Shown: in pieces, positions 1 to 12,100 of the stretch
Numbering within the stretch: position 1 is the stretch's first letter
How the letters are laid out: each line of letters starts with the position of its first letter
NCBI RefSeq assembly: GCF_021869535.1
Contig: NW_026262581.1
Location: 75,764,001 to 75,828,000, forward strand
Origin: Mytilus californianus
Taxonomy: Eukaryota
Direction of reading: 5' to 3'
DNA length: 64,000 bases
Notes under the pieces: generated by a model
Seen by the model: only the letters and a program-made list of their open reading frames with translations
The model's database searches: none
What the model was told of the DNA's origin: nothing
Position numbers and translations under genes: made by a program

Positions 1-677
1 ATATTGATTCACTCATAGGGTCTTTGCATCGGAAATAAACACATTTATTCTAAAACCAGTTGTTTGCATGATACGGGTTATGTACTTCTCATATATTTTA
101 TGATGGTATGATACTAAACACCTAACGGGAGGGATTGTACTTGATTTTCATATGATGAATACATAATCTTTCAATCAGTTTAATTGAGGTCTGGAGCTGG
201 CATGTCAGTAACTGCTAGTAGTCCTTTGTTAATTTATGTATCATTGTCATTTTGCTTAGTTTCTTTTGTTACCTATTCTGACATCGGACTCGGACTTCTT
301 TTAAACTGCGTTTTACTGTGCGTATTGCTTTGTGTTTCTTTATTCTACATTGGCTAGAGGTATAAGGGGAGGGTTGAGATCTCACAAAACATGTTTAACC
401 CCGCCGCATTTTTGCGCCTGTCCCAAGTCAGGAGCCTCTGGCCTTTGTTAGTCTTGTATGTTTTTTAATTTTAGTTCATTTATATGTTTTGGAGTTTAGT
501 GTGACGTCCGTTTTCACTGAACTAGTACACAATTTTATTTAGGACCAGCTGAGGACCACCTCCGGGTGCGGGATTTTCTCGCTGCGTTGAAGACCCATTG
601 GTGGCATTTGGCTGTTGTCTGCTCTTTGGTCGGGTTGTTGTCTCTTTGACATATTCCCCATTTCCATTCTCAATTTT
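1..677 (-). mobile_element. Dispersed ~0.7-0.8 kb non-coding repeat (family 1), truncated by the window start
   Basis: Reverse complement of 3026-3680 and 17485-18060; ends with ...GTTGTTGTCTCTTTGACATATTCCCCATTTCCATTCTCAATTT. Confidence 0.85.
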
Positions 678-930
678 ATATCTTACAAAACTTAAGTCAC
701 TCTAACCTATATCTTATACCCCATTGATTTGTAGTAATTAGGTTCAAGATCATTTCTCAGATACTACGTGGCTAATATTCGATTGTATTTCAATCGAAGT
801 TAAATCTAACTTCAATAACTGTTCTAGTTAGTATATATATATATATTTTTTATAAAGCCAATAAAGGAAAGACACGAACTTTACAAATTATAATATGATA
901 TATAATGGTAGATTACAAATGTTTTTGCAG

Positions 931-1012
931 GATCGTTACAGTCAAAATGCTACATAAAGATGACCCATTTCACCTTACTACCCAGAAACAACGTACGCCA
1001 TTACAGAACTAG
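931..1012 (+). CDS. Probable penultimate exon of an upstream gene (..SLQSKCYIKMTHFTLLPRNNVRHYRT..), product unknown
   Basis: TTTTTGCAG acceptor, AG|GTAAGT donor, one open frame whose phase 2 end joins 1476. Confidence 0.4.
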
Positions 1013-1475
1013 GTAAGTAACTTACATCACACGGCTAATTCATAGTGACGTCAGACCGTTAGTTACGAGCATTTCAATTTTGTATTGTCATGCTGATAGT
1101 TCTCCAGCAATGCACATCTGTGTCGCCTGAGGACTCAATATGAACAAAAGTAGATGCTGGGTAAGCGTCAATAAGACAACAACAGTGTTTATATATTGCC
1201 GAATCAGTAGTTTAATATATCATGGCATTGACATTAACGAAGAAAATAGCCAGACATATTCTTACAATCAGACGTATGACACCTGGAGATGTATTTTCAT
1301 TCTACTTTTTGCGGACAGTTACACCATGTATTGTTCTTTTTTCACGATAAGTTTGAATTTTGAAATTCATTTTTTAACTTTATTTATTTCTTTCATTCAT
1401 AATTCTTGTTCGTTTTAACTATTAGCTGTAAGGTAAAGGATATTGTCGATTTACAATCTTTTTATTTTTTTTCAG

Positions 1476-1527
1476 CAGTGAAGTGTTTAGATTCTTCAAC
1501 AGGGATGGATATTATAAAATAAATTGA
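1476..1527 (+). CDS. Probable terminal coding exon of the upstream gene (SSEVFRFFNRDGYYKIN*)
   Basis: Long T tract + CAG acceptor, phase matches exon 931-1012, TGA at 1525-1527, AATAAA near 1709. Confidence 0.4.
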
Positions 1528-1899
1528 AGGCACTTGAAATATTCTAAAGCTAATGGACGCATAAATTTTGCTTAAACATTATTATATACAGATATTTAAA
1601 ACAATACCAATGTTCATTACCAAATCAAAAATAACAAAATAGACCAGAAAATGAAACCAGAAGCATCCATGCACTACTGAATCAAACAATGTTCTACATA
1701 TTCGCAACAATAAAATTGTTAGAACCATGCAATAACGCTTTGATATTCATTGAATAAGTAAGTATATAAAGATTTTCGTGACCTCTCTGTGTCGCAATGT
1801 TGACTGGTTATAGGGGAAAAGGGGGATTGTCATTGGATGGCATGTTTATTCACGGGAAAGGGTAAATTAATGGCATAATGTAGGGTGTCGGACGACCAC

Positions 1900-2183
1900 A
1901 ATCATGCATCGCCTTATTTATAACTAATTTATTACCGGGTTTGTACTTATACGAGCAACACGACGGGTGCCACATGTGGGGCAGGATCTGCATATCGTTT
2001 TGGAACACGTGAGACCACCCCCGGTTTTTGGTGGGGTTCGTAATGCTCAGTCTTTCGTTTTCTATGTTGTATTGTGTATACTGTTGTATGTCTTTTGGTC
2101 GTTTTTTCGTATTTTGCCATGGCATTGTCAGTTTGTTTCCGACTTGTGAGTTTAAATATCCCTTTGGTATCTTTCTTCTCTCT
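1900..2183 (+). mobile_element. 3' end fragment of the Penelope-like element family
   Basis: Similar to 11950-12205 (GCCACATGTGG.GCAGGATCTGC...CCCCCGGTTTTTGGTGGGGTTCG...GGTATCTTTC). Confidence 0.8.
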
Positions 2184-2629
2184 TTCAATTTGTTTCCCAA
2201 TTTTTTTTGATAATACGCAGATTTATATTCCACTTAAAACTCCTCCAAAGACTACATTACAGTGGCTAAAAATGATGTTTCATTGATATGCATCTTTCTA
2301 ACTCTTTGATACAATTTTTACCAGCTGTTCCAAGATAAGCAGGATATCAGCTATAATTTCAAGGTATATTGAAAATTTCTCAGAAACGACTACATAATTT
2401 AAAAAAACCTTGGTAGCTGTAAGGGATAAGGCGCCGTTCAACATCGAATAAAACTCATATAACTATAGTAAGCTGTAATACATGATAGTTCCTAGGGTGC
2501 CAAAATGTGAAAGTATTCAAAGAGAAAACTAACGACCTGATTTTGACTAAAACAAATAAAAATCAAAATATCATCATGACAAACAGAAACCAACGACAAT
2601 CATTTAGATTACAGTTACTGCGCTTGGGA

Positions 2630-3020
2630 TTGACACCAAAAGAATGTGACATTGTTGATATGAACAAAAGTAGTTGTTGGGTATGCGTCAAACACCTTTA
2701 GAATGCGACGGTGTTGATATTAATAAAAGTAGGTGTGGGGTATGCGTCAAACACCTTTAGAATGTGACGTGTTGATATTGATATTAATAAAAGTAGGTGT
2801 GGGGTATGCGTCAAACACCTTAAAAATGTGACGGTGTTGATATTAATAAAAGTATATGTGGGGTATGCGTCAAACACCTGAAGAATGGGACGGTGTTGAT
2901 ATTAATAAAAGTTGGTGTGGGGTATGCGTCAAACACCTGAAGAATGGGACGGTGTTGATATTAATAAAAGTAGGTGTGGGGTATGCGTCAAACACCTACA
3001 GAATGTGACGGTGTTGATAT
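2630..3020. repeat. Tandem array, ~59 bp unit (GACGGTGTTGATATTAATAAAAGTAGGTGTGGGGTATGCGTCAAACACCTTTAGAATGT), ~6-7 copies
   Basis: GGGTATGCGTCAAAC recurs at ~59 nt spacing; degenerate continuation at 3681-3755. Confidence 0.9.
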
Positions 3021-3025
3021 ACGTA

Positions 3026-3680
3026 AAATTGAGAATGGAAATGGGGAATGTGTCAAAGAGACAACAACCCGACCAAAGAGTAGAAAACCGCTGACGGCCA
3101 CCAATGGGTCTTCAACACAGCGAAAAAATCCCACACCCGGAGGCGAGCTTCAGCTGGCCCCTTAACAAAATTGTGTACTAGTTCAGTGAAAATGGACGTC
3201 ACACTAAACTCCAAAACATATAAATGAACTAAAGTTAAAAAAAAATACAAGATTAGCAAAGGCCAGAGGCTCCTGGATTGGGACAGGCGCAAAAGTGCGC
3301 CGGGTTTAAACATGTTTTGTGAAATCTCAACCCTCCCCTATACATCTAGCCAATGTAGAATAAACAAACACACAGCAATACGCACAGTAAAACTCAGTTT
3401 AAAAGAAGTCCGAGTCCGATGTCAGAATAGGTAACAAAAGAAACTAAGCAAAATGACAATGATACATGAATTAACAAAGGACTACTAGCAGTTACTGACA
3501 TGCCAGCTCCAGACCTCAATTAAACCGATTGAAAGATTATGTCTTCATCATATGAAAGTCAAGCACAATCCCTCCCGTTAGGTGTTTAGTATCATACCAT
3601 CATAAAATATATGAGAAGAAAATAACCCGTATCATGCCAACAACTGGTTTTAGAATAAATGTGTTTATTTCCAATGCAAC
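3026..3680 (+). mobile_element. Family 1 dispersed repeat copy
   Basis: Starts AAAATTGAGAATGGAAATGGGGAATGTGTCAAAGAGACAACAACCCGACC; colinear with 17485-18060, inverse of 1-677. Confidence 0.85.
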
Positions 3681-4102
3681 GTGTTTAAAATACTAATAAA
3701 AGTGACGGTATTTAATACTAATAAGAGTAGATGTTGGATCTGCGTCAAAGACAGGGGCAGGAGATAAAAATAACCAAAATAAATCTAGAGGTTATCATAC
3801 AGTCTTCAACAATAGACAGGTTTTTATACAATATGTTAAGTTCTAAATCGTACCAAAACTTTATAAGATTTTATTATAGATTTAACAAAAACAATCAAAG
3901 ATCTTAAATCAAATATGATTGCTAGTGCTAAATCACCCCCCTAACCTGGAACAGTGGTGTAACAGTGCACCAATAGAACAATGTATAGAACAATCTGTAA
4001 ACATAACATGAAAGGGAGCTAGACTCGTCAGATGAGTACTAAACACAATTTAAAAAAAACACAAAAAATAACAATTTGACAATAAAAAAACACAAATAGA
4101 TA

Positions 4103-4355
4103 TAAGAAGATGTGGTATGAGTGCCAATGAGACAACTCTCCATCCAAGTCAAAATTTATAAAAGTAAACCATTATAGGTCAAAGTACGGTCTTCAACACG
4201 GAGCCTTGGCTCACACCGAACAGCGAGATATAAAGGTCCCCCAAAAATTACTAGTGTAAAACCATTCAAACGGGAAAACCAACGGTCTAAAATCTATATA
4301 AAATACGAGAAACGAGAAACACTTATGAACCACATCAACAAACGACAACTATAAG
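4103..4355 (+). mobile_element. Dispersed repeat (family 2; ATGTGGTATGAGTGCCAATGAGACAACTCTCCA head)
   Basis: Inverse copy at 39245-39660 and related copy at 59130-59700; shorter head fragments near 7200, 7460, 14460, 22000, 51110. Confidence 0.75.
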
Positions 4356-4634
4356 TTTTAAATGGATTCAATCTTAAATGGAGAGCGCTATGAACTTATA
4401 AGAATGTGATACTCAGCTAGTAATAAGTTTAATGCAGGTGCAGCCAAACTTTGGCCTTCAAATTGAATCTTTGTATTTTTAAAATAAATAATAAATGTTC
4501 AAGGTTATTTATGATTACGAAACACTTGACATCAATAAATCTCCCTAAACAAAGAATACCGTTCATTAAAATGCACGACGCAAATGCATCACAGCGATTG
4601 AGATGGGACACACCGTAAGAAGAGATCAAATTAA

Positions 4635-5091
4635 GGAACATCCGAGTCTAAAAAGGGGAAATTTATGATAGAAATATGGGATGGAAAAAGCCTCTTTTGT
4701 CGAAAATTTTCCTATAAAGTTCTAATTGTGAAACAGGAGTATCCAATCAAGAAAAAGGTCGGATAATCAGTGCTGTGCATATCAGATTAATGATAAGCCA
4801 GTAAATGTAAATAAATAGAAAATACCGGATTATTCAATTGTGTGTGCATTTAAAACTCGTGTAACTGCGTTTGAATATTGAAAAAAGGATTTATCCATGC
4901 AGAAATAGACTTCTATAATACTAAAACTGCACTAAATATATCTAAAAAATGCCTTGGGAATTACGTAAATGGCGGCGAAAAACACCATTTATTTTACTTT
5001 GAATTGCGATTTCTCAAAATTCCGTGTAAAGAGTTTATCTAAGAATTAATGATATATTATTTCTGAAATCATTTTTACATCGGATGTGACC
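4635..5091. mobile_element. Possible degenerate TTAA-target MITE (Kolobok-like)
   Basis: TTAA|GGAACATCCG ... CGGATGTGACC|TTGA imperfect TIR and TSD. Confidence 0.4.
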
Positions 5092-5899
5092 TTGAGATGT
5101 CATACCGGTGTTATTTTGCCGCAGAAATTTCCTTGCGCTTTTGACTGATAACCGAACGTGTGCAAAATAACATTCCTTATCGCTTGTTATATATTAATTT
5201 CATCAATAAATATTCATGAAAATATTTTTTAAGAACATAGATAAATGATATGAAAATTTTTTGTCGTGAGAAATATATATATCAATAACAAAAATCATGA
5301 ATACCGAAAGTTTGTGTTAACGCATGCGGAACAATATCTCGAGAACGTTTTGCAACAAAAGCGGGAAAATATGAATGCCTACTCAAATCCAATCTATTAG
5401 AAAAACGAATTAATTTATTACAGAAGAGTGTCCACCATGCACTTGCACTGCACTGCACTGTCATTAGAATAGTAGAATAGAATGATATATAAATGGATGA
5501 AAATTTGCCTGTAGAGTTATTAAGATGATCTGCTATATATATAACTGTTATACAAATATTAATATAATATATAACAACAAACCAGAGTATACTGATAACA
5601 AATGATTATATCACTACAATATAATAATTATTACGGTGAGGTTGAATTTCCTGTCATTTATCCATCATCCACACAGGAACTTGTCTCAGAAAAAAAATAC
5701 ATCTATGTACCCTAACCTAACTTTCAGGTATAGAGATATGATTTTTTTTCTGAGACAAGTGCTTGTGACCATCCACCAGAACTTGCGGTCATCCGATGTT
5801 CTGTACTTCAGTACTTTGATTGTTGAATGGTATGAAAATATTAGGGAGTCTTCGGATAGTTTTTTTTCATCAGAAATCAATGTAGACTAAATAGAATCG

Positions 5900-7092
5900 T
5901 TAACAAAAATCGGCATTCCCATGGGAACCAACTCACGTTCTTGCCAACGTGATTATTCATACAAGAAAGATTTCATACAGAAGCTTGTCAGACAGAATAT
6001 AAAAAGGTAACATGATCCTTTAAGGATGTTCGCTACTCTGTTTCAAAATAACAAGCTTTTTAAAAGACTGTTATAAATTGGTAGTTTATAAATAACGGAA
6101 CTCAAAAAGCAGAAAAGGGTCCGTGTCCTTGTTGTCGAGATATGAGCCATTTAAAATTTTGCGGGAAATGATTTTCTCTAGACTTTTCATACATATAACA
6201 TTGGCAAATTTTCTCTTTCAAAAATATGAAAATACAACAACTATTTTATAAGATTTTCAAATATGACTTTTTAAACTATACGTAATAAAATTATGGAAAG
6301 AAAATTTGGGGTTAGCGTGCAAAATTTTTAATGACACTACATGGGTAAAACCGGAGGATTCCGAATATCTAACAAATCTCAAAAGTGCGAACATCCTTAA
6401 CTTTACGTTCCTCTAAAAAGATGAAGTCTTCTCACTAAATAGTTTTAGCTTGATGACTATGTTGATTGTATCTATACCATCTCGATATATACACTGTACA
6501 GAGAAATTGACAAAATAGGTCGGTTGAGAACAACACATTACGACAGAAGAGATAATTTCACCTTTCCAATTGTGATATTTCCATTATTATGTAGCTGACT
6601 ATTCTGTCAGGGCTTGCAAATGAAGTATATACCTCCTGTTGATATGATATTCCAGGTCTTGCGTTTCCAATCATGATTTCTTATATAAAGGGTTGCTACA
6701 TACAAGAAAGCTATTCAAGTGACACCATAATGATTTCGTCGACCGTAAAAGAATATCTGTTCCACATATGACCAAGAATGTGTTTCAATTGTCATAGCAA
6801 CAATCCCGTCATCTTTTGTTCAATTGTGATCGATATAATCACCAAATGAGACTTGCCACCGAATTTGTTCTTACCATGAGGAACACGACATGGATTCAAC
6901 TTGTGGGACAGGATCTGCTTCCCTTCTGAAGTACTAAGTATCTGAGATAACCACCGGTTTTTTTATGGGTTAGTGTTTCTCAGTCTTTCTATGTAGAATT
7001 TCGTTTTGTTTGACTTTTCGTCGTTTTTGTTTTACTCCCACGGTTTTGTCGGTCTCGCTTTTGATTGAACCTTTGTATCTTCCGCCATTTTT
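5900..7092 (+). pseudogene. Degenerate Penelope-like RT copy plus 3' end, interrupted by a MITE
   Basis: Decayed IGIPMGTN, DFIQ.L, YDRRDNFTFPIV motifs and 3' tail colinear with 11300-12205. Confidence 0.75.
6024..6396. mobile_element. TTAA-target MITE (Kolobok/piggyBac-type non-autonomous element)
   Basis: TTAA|GGATGTTCGC ... GCGAACATCC|TTAA; removing it restores the TTTAA of the host RT sequence. Confidence 0.85.
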
Positions 7093-7890
7093 TAACGGTA
7101 CGTCACACTGCAAAATCGTTATTTTTGACGTTTTGACAGCAATAAGATATTATCTTCCAATTATTCTGACGGAATTTCTTAAACAGTAATATAAGAGAAG
7201 GAAATGTCGGTACGATTGCCAATGAGGCAATTATTAGTATTAAACAGAGTCCAAGTGATGTAGATTAAAAGAACAAATGGTAATCCTACAGCCTTCAACA
7301 ATGAGTAAAACTACATAGTCAGCTATAAAAGGTCCTGACATGCCGTTGCAAAATATTAAACAAACAATAAGTACATCTTGCATATTTATCTGTTTACATT
7401 ACAGAGAAGACTATATATGGGTTGAAGCAGATAATTATGTTGCAGTTGTATGAATAAATGTAGATGTGGGTTGTATGTCAATGAGACAGCAACATAACGA
7501 CACAAATAAACAAAAGTCATCATATAGTTTTCAACAATAAGCAGCCTGTGTCTTATGCAATATGTAATCGCCACGAGTTTAAAAAAATAACTATTAAATA
7601 ATTGCCATCATACCCAAAATATTCATCTTTTAGAATTCAATTGAATTGTTTGTCATGCATGTATAATCAATCTGAAGACGAAATGAAAAGGCTTGTTTTA
7701 CTCAAAGAATCTATCTATATCTATATATATATATACATGTACAAAAATCATCGGCATTATAATTCCCATAGATGATCATCTTTTACGTTTTGTGTTTGGT
7801 TTAATATCCACATATTCTTAATGGAAAAATAATATTCCACAGGAACTGATAAGCTTAATTTACTTTACTGAAATCTGGAAATGATCTTAA

Positions 7891-8168
7891 GGTTGTACCT
7901 AACACTACAGGGAGATAACTCTGTAAAATCAGCTAAACGTTTTAATTACGTAACGTTGTATTGTTAAGGAAATATTAAGCTTCTCAATTATTAAAATTAG
8001 TGTTTGTCAAACTGCTATATATCCAATGAAATTTCTCCGAGATAGTGATTGGTTCAAGTTTGTTGAAATTTTTATATTTTCTTCAAAGGGTCAAAGTAAA
8101 TATTTTGTCAAAATTTTATGAAAATTAAACGAGCCAAATTAATTTTAGCCAAGGTGTTGGGTACCACC
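7891..8168. mobile_element. TTAA-target MITE about 390 bp upstream of the CACHD1-like ATG
   Basis: TTAA|GGTTGTACCTAACACT ... GGTGTTGGGTACCACC|TTAA. Confidence 0.85.
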
Positions 8169-8553
8169 TTAACGAAAATCACTGTATGTTCTGTATGTGA
8201 AAAGGTAACAAAAACAGATCTTGAAATACAGAAATTACGTGTTTTTAATATGGAAAGTATTTTTTTTTTAATATGAATCATGATTTTATAAATTTGAACT
8301 GTTAAGATAACCATCCTTGTTGGTTTTTCGTAGCATATCAATGTATCCACTTTATTAAGTTGGATGTTTTGGTTTGTTTTTCACGATTTGTTAGGCATAC
8401 CTGGTCATTTTAATCACTTACCTGCACAAATAAAATACTCTAAGATTTATACGTTTCCCTATTTGTATGTTTAGTTGTGTATTGAATATATCAAATTTCT
8501 ATAAAACTTACACGCAGTTACAAATACACTTGCCGTTCTGCTTTAAAAAGAAG

Positions 8554-9143
8554 ATGAAGTTTTCTATTGCAACTATTTTGTCTGTGTTAGTTTCTTTTCT
8601 AAAGGTCGCTGGTTGTACATATAATTCCAGCACAATAGTAAAAGTAAGCGCCGAGATAGAATTTCGACTGAAAAATCTTGTGGACGCTTCATTGGAGATT
8701 TCAGCACTTGAAAATATATATAAAGAAAAAACACGACTTGTGAAGCAGGAATATAATCCGCTCCATGTTCTCCTTAACATTGTTGGAAATATAACAGATC
8801 GACTCGACAATGTTGTCGAGATTCTGAAAAGAAATAGGGATTTTATTCAACAAAACTATATCAATGTTACACACAATACAAATATAAATAGTTCTCAATG
8901 TTGCATCTCAAGAGATCTCCGTTTTGATGCTAGATTTAATTTAGTGGAAGAATACAAAACGTGTTTCACGAGCGCACGTGTGTCATCTATGGATCTAGAT
9001 ACTTTTTATCAGAAAAACCTAGATAATTCTGCTCTTCTGTTGTGGCAATATTTCGGAGATTCAGACGGAAATTATCATCAGTATCCATGGAAACCGAGAC
9101 AATCCGTCTGTTCAAGTACAAAAACAAAAGACCATAGATTTCA
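8554..9143 (+). CDS. Exon 1: signal peptide + N-terminal (VWA_N/Cache) region
   Basis: Long ORF, hydrophobic N-terminus from ATG 8554, CA|GTAAGT donor. Confidence 0.9.
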
Positions 9144-12100
9144 GTAAGTCAGTATAAATAACATTAAATCAGTGTTAGCTATGTTATGTCCGCTTTCTGT
9201 TGGTTTGGGTCGAGAGGAAAGCTAAGTGTACTCTTTTATGATAGATTAATTTTCGCCCATCGAAAACGAAAACGAAAGTCGGCTTAAGGCAACGCTCATA
9301 GGTGTAATGGGTGGACAAACAAGAAGAGACTAATCAAGAATCAAGCCGGATATATAAAAAAAGGTTCAACAAGTGCCAAACCGATATATTTGTTTTTCTT
9401 TCATTCGACTGTTTCACAGTCCTTGGTAAAGAATATGTCAACATTTAAATTAAGAGAAACAGTGAATTTTTAAAAACTTTTCATATACATTTACTTTTAT
9501 CAGAGACATATATATATGTGTATATATGTCTCTGCTTTTATACAGGATATTGCAAATTTGAGATACGCCATGCTCGTAAGACCCTTCCGTTAATATCATT
9601 ATAACCTTTTATTACATTTTCATAATGAAAAGGGTCAGATAAAGTGGAAAATAACGCGTTCTCTTTTAGACCGACGTCAATAAGTAGGTACAGGTATGGG
9701 TTGTTTTCATACGATATGAAAGCATATGACGGAATAAATGAGTCGTCTTTCAGCTAATAAAAGATCAACATTTTATATGAATTGAACACTCAGTTGTACA
9801 TATGACAAAGAGGAAAATCGGACTTTATCAAATAAGGTATTAAATTAATGTCATTAATGAAGTCTGTTTTTTTAACAAGAGACAAGGATTTTATAATATG
9901 AAAAAGATGGGAAAACTAAAGGCAAAACTAAAATTGTTGAATCACAAGCAATACAGTTGAGTAATTAGAACTTTAAAAACCAATAAAATTGAATTAAAAA
10001 AATGTGGTTTTGAAGTAGAAGTTGAAAGAATTGTACATAATGTATATACATACAATTCTTTGGTAAAACTATAAATACCATATGTTTTTGGTAAGTTTCT
10101 GGCATCCTTTGACATACCACGGTAAAACAAAATCAAACATATTGAGTTAATGATAACAGAGATATATAATCTGATAAATATTACATCATGTTGTGTGTTT
10201 TAATGTTGTGTTTGTATTACCTTATATTCGGTAAAAAGCTCTTAAGAGCTTATGTTTGTATTGTTATATGTGAACCGAATCAAAATAAAACTTTCGTATT
10301 AGTATTCGTATCAACTAATATTCTTGAACATCAAGACTGCATGAAGTCAGCCATTAAACACCAAATCTCCATTTGCTTTCTCTCGTACGTATCACGCCGG
10401 GTCACTTGTCTCCATGAAAACGTTTAAGTTAACTTACCACAATATACAAGGCATATTTGTGTTACAGAAACAAGACTTAAAGTATCTGTGCACCGAGCTG
10501 TGGAAAAAGAAATAAAACAAAACTATCACAATATTTGCCGTTTCAGTCCCTTTTCCTCAACGGTACTTTAAACGTTTTGCCCCAAACAACATCGTTTTTG
10601 TGTGTAAATATCATTACATAGACTGCTTGATAAATGAATTAGGTATTGACAATTCACTTGGAAACTCAACATATACCCTCACGACACTTACCAAAGAGGA
10701 AATCCTGGATAATCATAGGTCTGTTCTATGTTCCTTTGGAATTTCAACCAAAGACGAAGAACTGGATCTTCCATCACTGTATTGGATACGTAAACTACAT
10801 AAGTGTCCTTACAAACAACGGTATATTGCTGGGTCTTCCAAGTGCTCCACGAAACCTCTTTCTAAATTATTAACATCCATTTTATCAGCAATCAAAGCCG
10901 GGCTCCAAAGTTATTGTGAAACTGCCTATTCTAGAGGTGGCGTGAATCAGATGTGGATACTAAAAAATTCCAAAGATCTTTTAGAGTACATACAATCTAA
11001 GACTCTCTCATCTTGCAAAAGTATTAAAACATTTGACTTTTCCACACTTTACACAAGTATTCCCCATTGCAAACTAAAAGACAAATTAAAAGAGTTGGTA
11101 TTACTTTGTTTCATTAAAAAGAATGGCGAACGTAGATACAAGTATCTTGTCTTGGGAAGGGATAAATCCTACTTTGTAAAGAATCACTGATTCAAACAAA
11201 ACATTCTCTGAAACTGACATTATCAAGATGCTTGATTTCTTGATTGACAATATATTTGTTATGTTTGAAGGACGTGTTTTTCAACAGACTGTCGGCATTC
11301 CAATGGGAATCAATTGTGCCCCTCTGCTTGCTGACTTGTTTCTTTATTATTATGAGGCTGACTTCATACAGGAACTTCTTAGGAAGAAAGATAAGAAGTT
11401 AGCAATATCATTTAACTCTACCTTCCACTATATAGATGATGTTCTCTCACTAAATAATACAAAATTTGGTGACTATGTTGAACGAATCTATCCCATCGAA
11501 CTAGAGATAAAGGATACTACAGATACAGTTAAGTCTGCCTCATATCTTGACTTACATCTAGAAATTGACAATGAGGGTCTGTTGAAAACAAAACTTTACG
11601 ACAAAAGAGATGATTTCAGCTTCCCAATTGTGAACTTTCCATTTCTATGTAGCAACATTCCAGCAGCACCTGCATACGGAGTATATATCTCCCAATTGAT
11701 ACGATATTCCCGGGCTTGTGTTTCCTATCATGATTTCCTTGATAGAGGATTGCTGCTCACAAGGAAGATATTAAACCAAGAGTTCCAAATGGTGAAGTTG
11801 AAGTCATCCCTTCGTAAATTTTACGGATGCCATCACCAGTTGGTTGACCGTTATGGAATAACCGTTTCACAGATGATATCGGATATGTTCCTTTATGTCA
11901 TAACTAAAATACCCTCCCTTTTCACGAATGTGACTTACCGAATTAGACTATTTACCGGATTTGTAATAAGATAAGCAACATGACGGATGCCACATGTGGA
12001 GCAGGATCTGCTTACCCTTCCGGAGCACCTGAGATCACCCCCAGTTTTTGGTGGGGTTCATGTTGCTTAGTCTTTGGTTTTCTATGTTGTGTCATCTGTA

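Noticed and set aside
9501-9534. Perfect 14 bp inverted repeat CAGAGACATATATA/TATATATGTCTCTG
   Set aside because: About half is TA microsatellite; no evidence of function.
10438-10497. 60 nt minus-strand segment with good acceptor (TTTCCACAG) and donor (GTAAGT)
   Set aside because: No partner exons or recognisable peptide were found; a single chance match cannot be excluded.
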